A stretch of 64,000 nt of DNA from an uncultured Candidatus Competibacteraceae bacterium (GTDB taxonomy: Bacteria > Bacteroidota > Bacteroidia > CAIKAF01): contig CAZJFM010000007.1 in the NCBI GenBank assembly GCA_964545365.1, positions 573 through 64,572 on the forward strand, written 5' to 3'. Positions 18,502-27,624 of this stretch are shown here, one piece after another. Under the pieces are notes generated by a model that was given only the letters and a program-made list of their open reading frames with translations, was not told where the DNA came from and did not search any database. Made by a program: the position numbers and the translations under genes. How positions within the stretch are numbered: position 1 is the stretch's first letter; each line of letters opens with the position of its first letter.

Positions 18502-19716
18502 TTAGGTAAAGAAAATCATCTCTGCCCGAATCCCTTGCTTTCCGTTTTCTCGGTGCTTCAAGACCAAATCCCCTCCCAAATGACGCATCAATTCTCTACA
18601 AATCTTGAGACCAAAACCCATACCCGCTTTCCCTTTCAAGGTTCCCTTATCTGACTGTGACCAGGTAAATAACCTGCGCATTTGCTTTTCGGTCATTTCG
18701 GGTCCCTCGTTTTCAATAGATAGGCAAGAGCTATTGGCGGTTAAATGAATATGAGAGCCTTCTGGGGCCAATTTAATGGCATTATACAATAGGTTGCTAA
18801 GCACAACTTCTATAACACTTTGGGCACTAACGGCAAAATCTTGTGTGGTCTCAAAAGCTATGTTCAGCTGTTTATCCTCTAAGGCTTTTCGCCAAAAATC
18901 TACCTTTTGCTCTATGAGCGGAACTAAAGGAATTTTTTGTTTTTCGATTGCTTCGGCTTGATAGTGATAAAGCACCCATTGCATTAGGGAAGAGATGAAC
19001 TCTATTAAGTCTTGCAATGCAACATTGAGCAACTTGGCATCTTTCTTGAGCGTATCATTCTGCGTATCATTGTTAGCATAACGCTCAAGCACTTCTTTTA
19101 CCAAAACAATGGGTCGACGTAAATCATGGCCTAGTATTCCCAAAAAATTTGAAAGGAAACTATGCAGATCGCTCAATCTGCTTTCTCTTTTTTCAAGATA
19201 ACTTAGTAATTCAGCTTGACGACGGAGCAATGACCGAACGCGTAATTCATTACTTACCTGACCGGCCAATACTTTGAGCGCGTATTTTTGCTCTTTATTT
19301 AACCTTCTGGGTCTCTTATCTATGACGCATAGGGTGCCCATAAGCATGCCCCCTGGACTTTTGATGGGATAGCCCGCATAGAACTGAATGTTAGGTTTGT
19401 TTGTAACTAAAGGGTTGTTGGCAAAGCGCTTATCTTTATGGGTGTTGGGAATGTAGAACAAAGATTCCTTTTGAATGGCATGGGCACAAAACGAAACTTG
19501 ACGCGAAGTTTCCGTGATTCTAAGTCCGATTTTAGCTTTAAACCATTGACGATCTTGGTCTACCAAACTAATCAATGCTATTGGTGTTTGGCAAATGTTG
19601 GCGGCTAGCCGAACAAGCTCATCAAAGCATAACTCAGGAGGGCTGTCTAAAATCTTCAGACCTCTAAGCTGTTTTAGGCGCTCAGGCTCTTTCAACGGCA
19701 ATGGGGCTTTTTCCAT
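18502..19716 (-). CDS. GAF-domain sensor histidine kinase (orphan)
   Basis: N-terminal GAF-like region, HisKA H-box (LGILGHDLRRP) and a HATPase_c C-terminus. Confidence 0.7.
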   Translation of the reverse strand: MEKAPLPLKEPERLKQLRGLKILDSPPELCFDELVRLAANICQTPIALISLVDQDRQWFKAKIGLRITETSRQVSFCAHAIQKESLFYIPNTHKDKRFANNPLVTNKPNIQFYAGYPIKSPGGMLMGTLCVIDKRPRRLNKEQKYALKVLAGQVSNELRVRSLLRRQAELLSYLEKRESRLSDLHSFLSNFLGILGHDLRRPIVLVKEVLERYANNDTQNDTLKKDAKLLNVALQDLIEFISSLMQWVLYHYQAEAIEKQKIPLVPLIEQKVDFWRKALEDKQLNIAFETTQDFAVSAQSVIEVVLSNLLYNAIKLAPEGSHIHLTANSSCLSIENEGPEMTEKQMRRLFTWSQSDKGTLKGKAGMGFGLKICRELMRHLGGDLVLKHRENGKQGIRAEMIFFT

Positions 19717-19849
19717 AGAATGCGTTGCTGTATTACCAGATTAAGATTTGCTTTTAAGAAAAAGCAGTTCAATATCATAAAATTAAAAAGTTTGTTATAA
19801 CACTCATTTTTAGTTCGCACTTTCGGTTCTTTTTCCTTGTTTTACGGTA

Positions 19850-21481
19850 ATGGAGTCTTTTTGTTATTTGCGGCCTGACCAAGCCGGCTTGGGTAGCGCT
19901 TTGGTTAGAAAGTACTTATCGGATCCTGAGTCTCTCAATTCGTTTTTTAGTGTTTCACCATTGAATCCGGACTGGACTCGGTTAATAGAAACCAAAGGCC
20001 AATATTTTAGCGATTCCATGCGTCAAAAATTGGTACAGGCTTTACAAGCGCAATATGGAGATTTAGCGGATAAGGCTACTTTAGCTCAAATCAAAAGTTT
20101 GGCATCTCCAAACACTTTTAGCCTTACCACCGGTCACCAGCTGAGCTTTGGAACCGGTCCACTCTTCTTCATTTACAAATTGGTATCTGTTGTTCGGCTT
20201 GCGGCCATGCTTAAGGAAAAGTATAACGAATATCATTTCGTTCCTATCTATTGGATGAATACAGAAGATCATGATTTAGAAGAGATTCGCCCGCTTCATT
20301 TGGCAGGGAAGACCTTTACCATGCCTCATGAGGATTTGGGTCAGGCAACAGGCCTTTATGGAACCCGGGAGCTGGAATCGGTGTGGAAAGAATTAGAAAG
20401 CCTATTGCCCAAATTCCCTGAATTCCAAAAGGGAATTGAAGAAATAAAGGATTGCTACCAACGCTCTTCCACGCTCGCCGAAGCCATACGAAGTTTGGTG
20501 GTTTCCTGGACCAAGGGCTCGGGTTTGTTGGTGCTGGATCAGAACGATGCCCAACTTAAGGCAGCTTTTGCACCCATTGCTTTTCAAGACATAATAAGCG
20601 AGCAAAGCGGTTCTTTGGTAGCCGAAACTACCGAGAAACTCGAGCACATGGGATTTAAGGGTCAAGTAATGCCCCGTGAAATCAATTTCTTTTACCATAG
20701 TGCTCAAGGCCGAAGACGGATTGTCCGTGATGCCGGTGGTTTTGCCGTATTGGATACGAACCTGTACTTTACTACGGAGACATTGCAAGCGGAGTTTCGA
20801 CAGCATCCCGAGCGTTTTTCGCCCAATGTGGTTACGCGCCCTTTGTACCAAGAAACGATTCTCCCCAATTTGGCCTATGTGGGAGGTCCCGCAGAGGTGC
20901 ATTATTGGCTTCAATACAAAAAAGTATTTGAGGCCTACCAAATTCCTTTTCCTTTAATACTGGCAAGAGACTCCTTTTTGGTGATTAAAGAGCGTCATCT
21001 TAAGCATATAAGGGCCGAAAATATTGAACTTACAGATTTTATAAAGAGTCCTGCAGCTGTTAAAGAATCCTTGGTGCGTAAAATGGAAGCCGTAGAAGAG
21101 GGAGGGCAAGGGGTAGATTTTCCTGAAGGGTTAATAGCTCAACTGGAGAACACCGAACATGCTGTTGACCGCTGGTTTGCCGATGTTGACCCGGGCATAC
21201 TCAAAGCAGCTAAAGCGGCTTGGCATAAATACCATAAGCGGTTGGAAGGCCTGAATAAGAAACGCTTCGCCGCACTTAAAAACAAGCATGCCCACAGCTT
21301 GGCGTGGTTTCAAGACTTAGAACATACTGTTTTCCCGGGTCAAAATCTTCAGGAGCGCTACAACCATGTGTTAAGTTTGGGGGCTGATCCAAGGTTTACT
21401 TTTTCACAGTTGCTCAAATTTGCCGACCCCACAAAGCCGGGTTTGAAGGTTTTGGTTGACAAAGCGCCGGAGGACGAATAG
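19850..21481 (+). CDS. bshC: Bacillithiol biosynthesis cysteine-adding enzyme BshC
   Basis: Strong similarity to B. subtilis YllA/BshC blocks. Examples: GHQLSFGTGPLFFIYKL…IYWMNTEDHDLEEI and HPERFSPNVVTRPLYQE…GGPAEVHYW. Confidence 0.8.
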   Translation: MESFCYLRPDQAGLGSALVRKYLSDPESLNSFFSVSPLNPDWTRLIETKGQYFSDSMRQKLVQALQAQYGDLADKATLAQIKSLASPNTFSLTTGHQLSFGTGPLFFIYKLVSVVRLAAMLKEKYNEYHFVPIYWMNTEDHDLEEIRPLHLAGKTFTMPHEDLGQATGLYGTRELESVWKELESLLPKFPEFQKGIEEIKDCYQRSSTLAEAIRSLVVSWTKGSGLLVLDQNDAQLKAAFAPIAFQDIISEQSGSLVAETTEKLEHMGFKGQVMPREINFFYHSAQGRRRIVRDAGGFAVLDTNLYFTTETLQAEFRQHPERFSPNVVTRPLYQETILPNLAYVGGPAEVHYWLQYKKVFEAYQIPFPLILARDSFLVIKERHLKHIRAENIELTDFIKSPAAVKESLVRKMEAVEEGGQGVDFPEGLIAQLENTEHAVDRWFADVDPGILKAAKAAWHKYHKRLEGLNKKRFAALKNKHAHSLAWFQDLEHTVFPGQNLQERYNHVLSLGADPRFTFSQLLKFADPTKPGLKVLVDKAPEDE

Positions 21482-21625
21482 AGACCGTTGACGCGTTGCT
21501 ATTCTGGCGGCGATCCTGCCCTGACGCTGCGGTCAGGATTATAAACCCTGACGCTGCGGTCAGGATTATAAACCCTGACGCTACGGTCAGGGACTACGTC
21601 TTGCAAACACAACGCGTCAACGGTC
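21481..21625. repeat. 16-bp perfect inverted repeat enclosing three tandem 27-bp hairpin units
   Basis: GACCGTTGACGCGTTG (21483-21498) pairs with CAACGCGTCAACGGTC (21610-21625). Inside are three copies of CCCTGACGCTGCGGTCAGG plus an ATTATAAA spacer, at 21519, 21546 and 21573. Confidence 0.7.
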
Positions 21626-21640
21626 TAATAGGGGGCAACG

Positions 21641-21672
21641 AAGCAAAAAAAAAGCCCCTACCGGGGCTTTCC
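21641..21672 (-). terminator. Rho-independent terminator for rplS (A-run/hairpin/T-run, potentially bidirectional)
   Basis: AAAAAAAAAGCCCCTACCGGGGCTTTCC has the stem AGCCCC/GGGGCT. On the minus strand it is followed by a T-run immediately after the rplS stop. Confidence 0.6.
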
Positions 21673-22032
21673 TTAGTTTTTGATATATACTTTTTCTTTG
21701 ATTCGAGCAGACTTGCCGGATAAGCCTCTCAGGTAATACAATTTGGCGCGACGCACTTTGCCGCGTTTCAAAACGGTCATACTGTCAAGGAAAGGAGAAT
21801 TTTCCGGGAATACTCTTTCTACTCCTACACCGCTAGAGATTTTTCTTACAGTAAAGGTGGCCGTATTTCCTGATCCATTGCGCTGAATAACCACACCGGT
21901 ATATTGCTGGATACGCTCCTTATTGCCTTCTTTAATTTTGTAATTCACAGCTACGGTATCTCCGGCTTTGAATTCGGGCAGTTCGTTTTTCTCTACAAAC
22001 TGTTTTTCTACAAACTGAATCAACTCTGACAT
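21673..22032 (-). CDS. rplS: 50S ribosomal protein L19
   Basis: Characteristic L19 sequence (…[26 protein letters not shown]…RRAKLYYLR…). Confidence 0.9.
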   Translation of the reverse strand: MSELIQFVEKQFVEKNELPEFKAGDTVAVNYKIKEGNKERIQQYTGVVIQRNGSGNTATFTVRKISSGVGVERVFPENSPFLDSMTVLKRGKVRRAKLYYLRGLSGKSARIKEKVYIKN

Positions 22033-22062
22033 CGCTTCTTAGGATTACCTGAAATTGGGGTG

Positions 22063-22070
22063 CAAACATA
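22063..22070 (-). promoter_or_regulatory. Candidate Bacteroidota sigma-A -7 element (TATGTTTG) upstream of rplS
   Basis: Plus-strand CAAACATA is TAtgTTTG on the minus strand, about 30 nt upstream of the rplS ATG. This matches the TAnnTTTG consensus. Confidence 0.35.
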
Positions 22071-22226
22071 CGCTTTTTTCCTAACATATCCATCTTTATC
22101 AAATCCTAATCCTTATTTTTTTCCATAGCTCTTTGTTGAAGAAAACATGCCCTTATGCCGAACCCTTATGCAGGTTTTTGGAAATGCGTGGCCAAAAGTG
22201 CTATTTTTGTGGCTTAATTAGGATTT

Positions 22227-22826
22227 ATGCACCGGAATCGTACGAATTACTTGGCATTTGTTGGAGGAGCTGTAGTACTTGCTGCTTTGTCGCGTCTGCT
22301 TCCTCATCCCCATAACTTTACTCCATTGGTAGGTATGGCTTTATTTGCCATGGCTTATATGCCCAAAGCTTGGCAAGCCATCGCACTTACTATGTTGAGT
22401 TATTTGCTTAGCGATGCCTTGGTGAATGCATTTTTGCATCCTGAAGCATCTGCCTGGTCGTACTTTGTATCCCCGACAGCACTTGGTGTTTATACGGGAA
22501 TGCTTTTGGTTTCCGGTATTGGTTTTGCTTTAAAAAGCAAGCCCATAAAGCTTTCTCGTTTAATGGTTGGCAGTGTCTCCGGGTCTCTTGTATTTTACCT
22601 GGCCTCCAATACCGCTGTTTGGTTAGGCTCTGGTTTTTATGCCAAAAGCTTTACCGGCTGGTTGACCGCTTTGTATGCCGGTATTCCCTTTTACCAAGCC
22701 AACGATGTGTTGTCCTCTTTTTTCTTAAATCAAATCTTAGGAGATTTGTTTTTTACCGGCTTGCTCTTTGGCGCTTACGCCTTGGTGAATAATGGCAGCT
22801 TAAAACCGGCACGGATTGGTTCATGA
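22227..22826 (+). CDS. Polytopic membrane protein (DUF-type, possibly small-molecule transporter component)
   Basis: About 6 predicted TM helices and no recognisable catalytic motif. Confidence 0.4.
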   Translation: MHRNRTNYLAFVGGAVVLAALSRLLPHPHNFTPLVGMALFAMAYMPKAWQAIALTMLSYLLSDALVNAFLHPEASAWSYFVSPTALGVYTGMLLVSGIGFALKSKPIKLSRLMVGSVSGSLVFYLASNTAVWLGSGFYAKSFTGWLTALYAGIPFYQANDVLSSFFLNQILGDLFFTGLLFGAYALVNNGSLKPARIGS

Positions 22827-23968
22827 ACATGCCTCTTTCTTGGTGGGAATACCAAGATGCTTACCACAATACGGACCTTTGCATTGTTGGTGCAGGTATT
22901 GTTGGCCTGAGCACGGCGCTTTTTTATGCACAGCAGCGTCCCAAAGCAAAAATTGTAGTACTTGAGTCAGGCAACCGCCCTTCTGGCGCAAGCCTTAGGA
23001 ATGCCGGTTTTGCTTGTTTTGGTTCCGTCGGCGAAATTGCCGATGACCTAAAGCACAGCAGCCTTGAAGCAACCATAGCACTTATTGGAGCAAGAAGGCG
23101 AGGCTTAGCACTTTTGCGAAAGATTCATGGCGATAAAGCCCTTTCTCTGGATGCCTGTGGCGGGTATGAGTTGTTCTTTTCGGAAGAAAAAGAAGCCGCA
23201 GAGCAAGCCTTGGATTTGCTTCCCAGGCTCAATCAAAGCTTATTGGAAGCCGGAGTATTTACAAAGGAGCTGTACCGTATAGTTAGGCCCTCCAATTGGC
23301 CACAAAATACATTCAAAGGACTTCATTTGGCCATTTTTCATGCGGAGGAAGCGGCAATAAATCCGGTGCATTTGTGGCAATCCCTCTTGCATAAATGCCT
23401 TAGTCTTGGAGTCCGTTATCAGCCGGGTGTGGCCTTAACCGCGCTACCCGATACCGAAGAAGGGAAGGGCTATTTGTGTTCCTGTTCCGGTGTTGAATTT
23501 AGGACCCGACGTTTGGTTATGGCCACCAATGCCTTTGCCCATCACTTTTTGCCAAATCAGGTTCAGCCTGCCCGTGCACAAGTATTGGTTAGTGCACCTT
23601 TGGGTAGGGATTTGCCTAGAGGAACTTTTCATCACCACAAGGGCTACAACTATTTTCGCTTTGTGGAAGGACGTTTATTGTTGGGAGGAGGAAGGCACCT
23701 GAACCCGCAGGCGGAAGAAAACCTAGAGGCCAACACCAGCGAAGAAATTCAGCACTACCTGCAAACCTTTGCCCAAGAAAAATTAGGCATTGAGGAACTG
23801 CAAATAGCCTACCGGTGGTCGGGATTTATGGGCCTGGGAAATGCCAAAATGCCAAAACTCGAAAAAGATGAAGAAGGTAGGGTTTGGGCGGTGCGTTTGG
23901 GGGGCATGGGGGTGGCCTTAGGAACCGAAATGGGCCAAAGAGCCGCCGCACTTTGTTTGGAAGAGTAA
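22823..23968 (+). CDS. FAD-dependent oxidoreductase (DAO family)
   Basis: N-terminal Rossmann dinucleotide-binding motif DLCIVGAGIVGLSTA. DAO-like length. Confidence 0.7.
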   Translation: MNMPLSWWEYQDAYHNTDLCIVGAGIVGLSTALFYAQQRPKAKIVVLESGNRPSGASLRNAGFACFGSVGEIADDLKHSSLEATIALIGARRRGLALLRKIHGDKALSLDACGGYELFFSEEKEAAEQALDLLPRLNQSLLEAGVFTKELYRIVRPSNWPQNTFKGLHLAIFHAEEAAINPVHLWQSLLHKCLSLGVRYQPGVALTALPDTEEGKGYLCSCSGVEFRTRRLVMATNAFAHHFLPNQVQPARAQVLVSAPLGRDLPRGTFHHHKGYNYFRFVEGRLLLGGGRHLNPQAEENLEANTSEEIQHYLQTFAQEKLGIEELQIAYRWSGFMGLGNAKMPKLEKDEEGRVWAVRLGGMGVALGTEMGQRAAALCLEE

Positions 23969-24210
23969 ACCCCACCAGGGATGGAACAAGCTAGCCACTG
24001 AAGTTTGTGCCTTAGCGCACCAAAGCTGAGGAGGCGAAGGAACGAAGCCACCGCAAGCCATGGTGCGCTTAGGTAAAAACAAAGTGCTAGCTGAGACAGC
24101 CCGGCCCGGCTTCGGCCGGGGGTGGCCAAATCACAAAAATCAAGATGCTATACATAGGTCCTCACATGGGGCGGTGCTTCCTCGATAAATCGTATTTTTG
24201 GCGTGCAAAC

Positions 24211-25257
24211 ATGAAAAAGAAACCAACAGAGGCATTGGCGGCCTTGCAAAAAGGCTCCTTTTTACCGGTGTATATTTTTGCCGGAGGAGAAGGCTATTTT
24301 ATGGATAAGGCCGATGCGATGCTTCAGCAGGCCCTGCTAAAAGAAGAGGAAAAGGCATTCAATCTGGATATTTTTTACGGGCCGGAAACCACGGCTGAGG
24401 CCATTCTTTCTGCGGCGCGCAGCTATCCTCTTATGGCCGAGCGGCGCTTGGTGTTGGTGCGTGAGGCTCAGGGACTTAAAAAGCCTGAATGGGCAAAACT
24501 GGCGGCTTATTTGCAGCAACCGGCGCAAACCACCGTATTGGCCTTATTGCATCGAAACAAAGCCTTGGACGGGCGCAGCAAAATAACCCAGTTGGCCAAC
24601 AAAAGCCAAACGGTTCAGGTGGTGGATTGCCAGCCACTGAGCGAGGAAGCCTTAGTGGACTTTATCGTGCGTTATGCCGCAGAAAAAGAGTTGCGTTTTC
24701 ATCCCAGAGCTGCTTTTGCTCTTAAGGAATTGCTGGGCACCAACCTAAGCCGAGTGGTTTCGGAAATCGATAAAATTGCCCTGGCGGTTCCTCCCAACGC
24801 CGAAATTCAGCTGCAAGAGGTGGCCGATAGGGTAGGCATGAGCCGCGAGTTTAACATTTTTGATTTGCCCGGTCTGCTGGCCGAAGGAAACCATATTCGG
24901 GTGCTTAGGATGGCCTTTTATATGGCCAAAAATCCAAACATGTATCCGCTGCCCATGATGGTTGGCACCTTTTACAACTTCTTTAGCAAGTTGTTTGCTA
25001 TGCACAGCATTTACTTTGACAACCATCGAAGGCAAAAACGCGGCGAAGCCCCGCAGGATCCATTACGTATGGTTCGGATGTTTTACGAGCCAAGGGTCAT
25101 TCAATCGGCCTTGAAGGTGTACGACATGGGGCGCACGGCCAAAGCGCTGCACGTAATTCGTGAATTTGACCACCGAAGCAAAGGCATGGGAACGGCAGCA
25201 CCAACCCCTGACGGAGAGCTGCTTAAAGAATTTTTGTGGAAACTACTGAACGTTTGA
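24211..25257 (+). CDS. holA: DNA polymerase III delta subunit
   Basis: HolA N-terminal pattern (…LPVYIFAGGEGYFMDKADAMLQQ…FNLDIFYG…RLVLVREAQ). Confidence 0.75.
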   Translation: MKKKPTEALAALQKGSFLPVYIFAGGEGYFMDKADAMLQQALLKEEEKAFNLDIFYGPETTAEAILSAARSYPLMAERRLVLVREAQGLKKPEWAKLAAYLQQPAQTTVLALLHRNKALDGRSKITQLANKSQTVQVVDCQPLSEEALVDFIVRYAAEKELRFHPRAAFALKELLGTNLSRVVSEIDKIALAVPPNAEIQLQEVADRVGMSREFNIFDLPGLLAEGNHIRVLRMAFYMAKNPNMYPLPMMVGTFYNFFSKLFAMHSIYFDNHRRQKRGEAPQDPLRMVRMFYEPRVIQSALKVYDMGRTAKALHVIREFDHRSKGMGTAAPTPDGELLKEFLWKLLNV

Positions 25258-25261
25258 ATGG

Positions 25262-25687
25262 ATGAAACAACTGTGGCTTATTAAATCGGAACCCTTTAAA
25301 TATGCTTGGAGCCAATTGGTGCAAGACAAGCAAACCTTTTGGGACGGCGTTCGAAACTATCAGGCCAGAAACAATTTAAAGGCCATGAAGGCCGGAGATT
25401 TAGCTTTGTATTACCATTCCAACGAAGGAAAGGAAATAGTGGGCATTGCCCGCATTGTAAAGGAAGCTTATCCCGACCCCACAATTGACGACGAGCGCTG
25501 GGTAGCCGTAGATGTAGCGCCCGTTTTGGAATTGCCTAAACCGGTTGGTCTGGCTCAAATAAAAGAAGATCCGCTGCTGCAAAACATGGCCTTGGTTCGG
25601 CAAGGACGTTTGTCGGTTTGCCCTGTAACCGATCCTGAATTTTCTCGTATCTTAGAATTGGCGGGTGTAGAAAACCACCAATTTTAA
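25262..25687 (+). CDS. EVE (PUA-like) domain protein
   Basis: MKQLWLIKSEP…W.GVRNYQARNNLKAMKAGDLALYYHS matches the EVE fold signature. Confidence 0.7.
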   Translation: MKQLWLIKSEPFKYAWSQLVQDKQTFWDGVRNYQARNNLKAMKAGDLALYYHSNEGKEIVGIARIVKEAYPDPTIDDERWVAVDVAPVLELPKPVGLAQIKEDPLLQNMALVRQGRLSVCPVTDPEFSRILELAGVENHQF

Positions 25688-25689
25688 GT

Positions 25690-26316
25690 ATGAAACAACC
25701 GGAAAAAGGCAGCGGAAATCTTTTTACGCATCGTAGGCTTGAAGCCTTGACCCGAACTTCTCCATGGGTCATCTTTCCCATGGATTTGTTGCTTGCCTTT
25801 GGCATGGCTTTTTATGCTTGGCAGCTGTTGGGAGCCGAGCTCTTAAACTACGTTTGGTTGTTTTTCTTAGGGCTTTTTGTTTGGACCTTTATTGAATACA
25901 GCTTGCATCGCTTTGCATTTCATCGCAGGCCAAGGTCGGAGGCCGACAAAAAAAGGTTGTATATCATGCATGGGATTCACCACCATTACCCGCACGATGC
26001 CGATCGTTTGCTCATGCCCCCTTTTGTAAATCTGGCCATTGCCGCAAGTTTAACCGGATTTTTTGCGCTGTTTATGGGGAAATTGGTGTTTCTGTTTATG
26101 CCCGGGGTTATATTGGGCTATTTGACCTATGCCTTTATTCACTATTCTATACACCGCTACAAACCCTTTTTTCCATGGCTAAAACCTTTGTGGCGCAACC
26201 ACAACCTGCACCATTTTAGGTATCCCAACATGGGTTTTGGCGTAAGTACTTTGCTTTGGGATAAAGTATTTGGCACCCTGCCGCCCAAACATCTGGGAGG
26301 GGACCAAAAGGGCTGA
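25690..26316 (+). CDS. Fatty acid hydroxylase / sterol desaturase superfamily membrane protein
   Basis: Histidine boxes HRFAFHR, IMHGIHHHYP and HNLHHF, plus TM helices. Confidence 0.65.
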   Translation: MKQPEKGSGNLFTHRRLEALTRTSPWVIFPMDLLLAFGMAFYAWQLLGAELLNYVWLFFLGLFVWTFIEYSLHRFAFHRRPRSEADKKRLYIMHGIHHHYPHDADRLLMPPFVNLAIAASLTGFFALFMGKLVFLFMPGVILGYLTYAFIHYSIHRYKPFFPWLKPLWRNHNLHHFRYPNMGFGVSTLLWDKVFGTLPPKHLGGDQKG

Positions 26317-26324
26317 CTCCCGGC

Positions 26325-26855
26325 TTATTCCAAATGCAAAAGCTCAGGATGAAAATCCAGATAAAGCCGTTTGGCTTCTCGGTCAATCCGACCAAACTTT
26401 TCGTCAATAAAGGGCAGCAACACTTCCTTTCCGGAATCGCTTAGTTTGGTTTTAAGTAGGGTATTGGGGCCATATTCGAGCACATCTTCTATGATTCCCC
26501 CGGAGCGCTCTTCGGCTCCAATTACTTCAAAACCAATGATTTCAAAATAGTAAAACCGTTGGGAATCATGCGCTAGTGAGGGAAGATGTTCCAAAGGCAA
26601 ATACAATGCAGCGCCGGCGAGGGCAGAGGCTTGCTCGGTATTGGAAATCCCCTCAAAATGCACCACGGCTTTTTGGTTTTGCCAATGAAAGGCGACCATT
26701 TTATAGGGGACCAATTGCCCGGCTATATCCAAAAAAAATGCCTCTTTCGAGGCATAAGATTGTGGGTCGTCTACGTCTAAAAACAATTCCAAAGCGCCCT
26801 TTAGGCCATGTGGTTTTCTAACATAACCTACTAAAAAACAGGACGATTTATCCAT
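26325..26855 (-). CDS. rimM: Ribosome maturation factor RimM
   Basis: RimM N-terminal motif (LVGYVRKPHGLKGAL) and a PRC barrel C-terminus. Lies immediately downstream of rpsP. Confidence 0.8.
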   Translation of the reverse strand: MDKSSCFLVGYVRKPHGLKGALELFLDVDDPQSYASKEAFFLDIAGQLVPYKMVAFHWQNQKAVVHFEGISNTEQASALAGAALYLPLEHLPSLAHDSQRFYYFEIIGFEVIGAEERSGGIIEDVLEYGPNTLLKTKLSDSGKEVLLPFIDEKFGRIDREAKRLYLDFHPELLHLE

Positions 26856-26857
26856 GT

Positions 26858-27502
26858 TTATTCTGCTTTTTCCTCGCCTTCTTCCTCGGCTTTGCTTTCT
26901 TCAGCGGCGGCTTCAGGAGTTTCGGCTTCGGCCTCCGCTTTCGGAGCTTCGGCTTCGGCAGCTTCTGTTGCTTCTTCGCTAGCAGTTTCAGCGGCGGCAG
27001 CAGCAGCAGCGGCGTCTTCTTCCGCTTTTTGAGCAGCCATAGCTTCGGCCTCGGCGGCTTTAACGGCAGCTTCTCTAGCTTCGTTCACCTCTTTTTCTGC
27101 GGCCAAACGCTTGGCTTTGTCGGCTTCTTCGGCTTTACGCAAGCTGTCGGAATGACCGGAAATACGGGCTTCCTTATCGGCTTTCCAAGCTTCGTAGCGT
27201 TTTTCGGCTTCTGCTTCATCGAAAGCACCTTTGCGCACACCGTTCAATAGGTGGTTTTTGTACAAAGCTCCTTTGTAGGAAAGAATAGCACGTGCCGTGT
27301 CGCTGGTTTCGGCTCCGTTTTGCAGCCATTTTACGGCTTTTTCAATGTCCAATTCAATGGTAGCCGGCTGCGTGTTGGGGTTGTAGCTTCCCAAACGTTC
27401 GATGTAGCGTCCGTCTCTTGGAGCGCGCGCATCGGCGGCAATAATGTGGTAAAAGGGCTTGCCTTTGCGGCCTTGCCTTCTTAGGCGAATACGTACAGCC
27501 AT
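26858..27502 (-). CDS. rpsP: 30S ribosomal protein S16 with ~130-aa Ala/Glu/Lys-rich C-terminal extension
   Basis: MAVRIRLRRQGRKGKPFYHIIAADARAPRDGRYIERLGSYNP is canonical S16. The tail is low-complexity AEAEA/AAAAAA. Confidence 0.9.
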   Translation of the reverse strand: MAVRIRLRRQGRKGKPFYHIIAADARAPRDGRYIERLGSYNPNTQPATIELDIEKAVKWLQNGAETSDTARAILSYKGALYKNHLLNGVRKGAFDEAEAEKRYEAWKADKEARISGHSDSLRKAEEADKAKRLAAEKEVNEAREAAVKAAEAEAMAAQKAEEDAAAAAAAAETASEEATEAAEAEAPKAEAEAETPEAAAEESKAEEEGEEKAE

Positions 27503-27624
27503 GGTCCTTAAGATTAAGTGTTACTGTAATTTGAGCCGGCAAATATCTGTATTATTTTTGGATTATCCCTCTTTTTTCTCTTTTCTTTTTTTGGCGGCCT
27601 TTTCCTGCTGTCTGCGGTAGTTCC

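Noticed and set aside
21496-21625. Tandem direct repeats that could suggest a CRISPR array
   Set aside because: There are only three repeats with a 27-bp period. The 19-bp palindromic unit is separated by a constant 8-bp ATTATAAA, not by unique spacers. There are no cas genes, and the array is enclosed by a perfect 16-bp inverted repeat. I reported it as a structured repeat instead.
22040-22226. Possible riboswitch (TPP or cobalamin) upstream of the polytopic membrane protein gene, suggested by a GGGGTGC segment
   Set aside because: The rest of the TPP consensus (CUGAGA, ACCUGAUCUGGAUAAUGCCAGCG) and the B12 box (GCCACTG) are absent. The segment is better explained as the divergent rplS promoter region, where a TAtgTTTG -7 motif lies on the minus strand.
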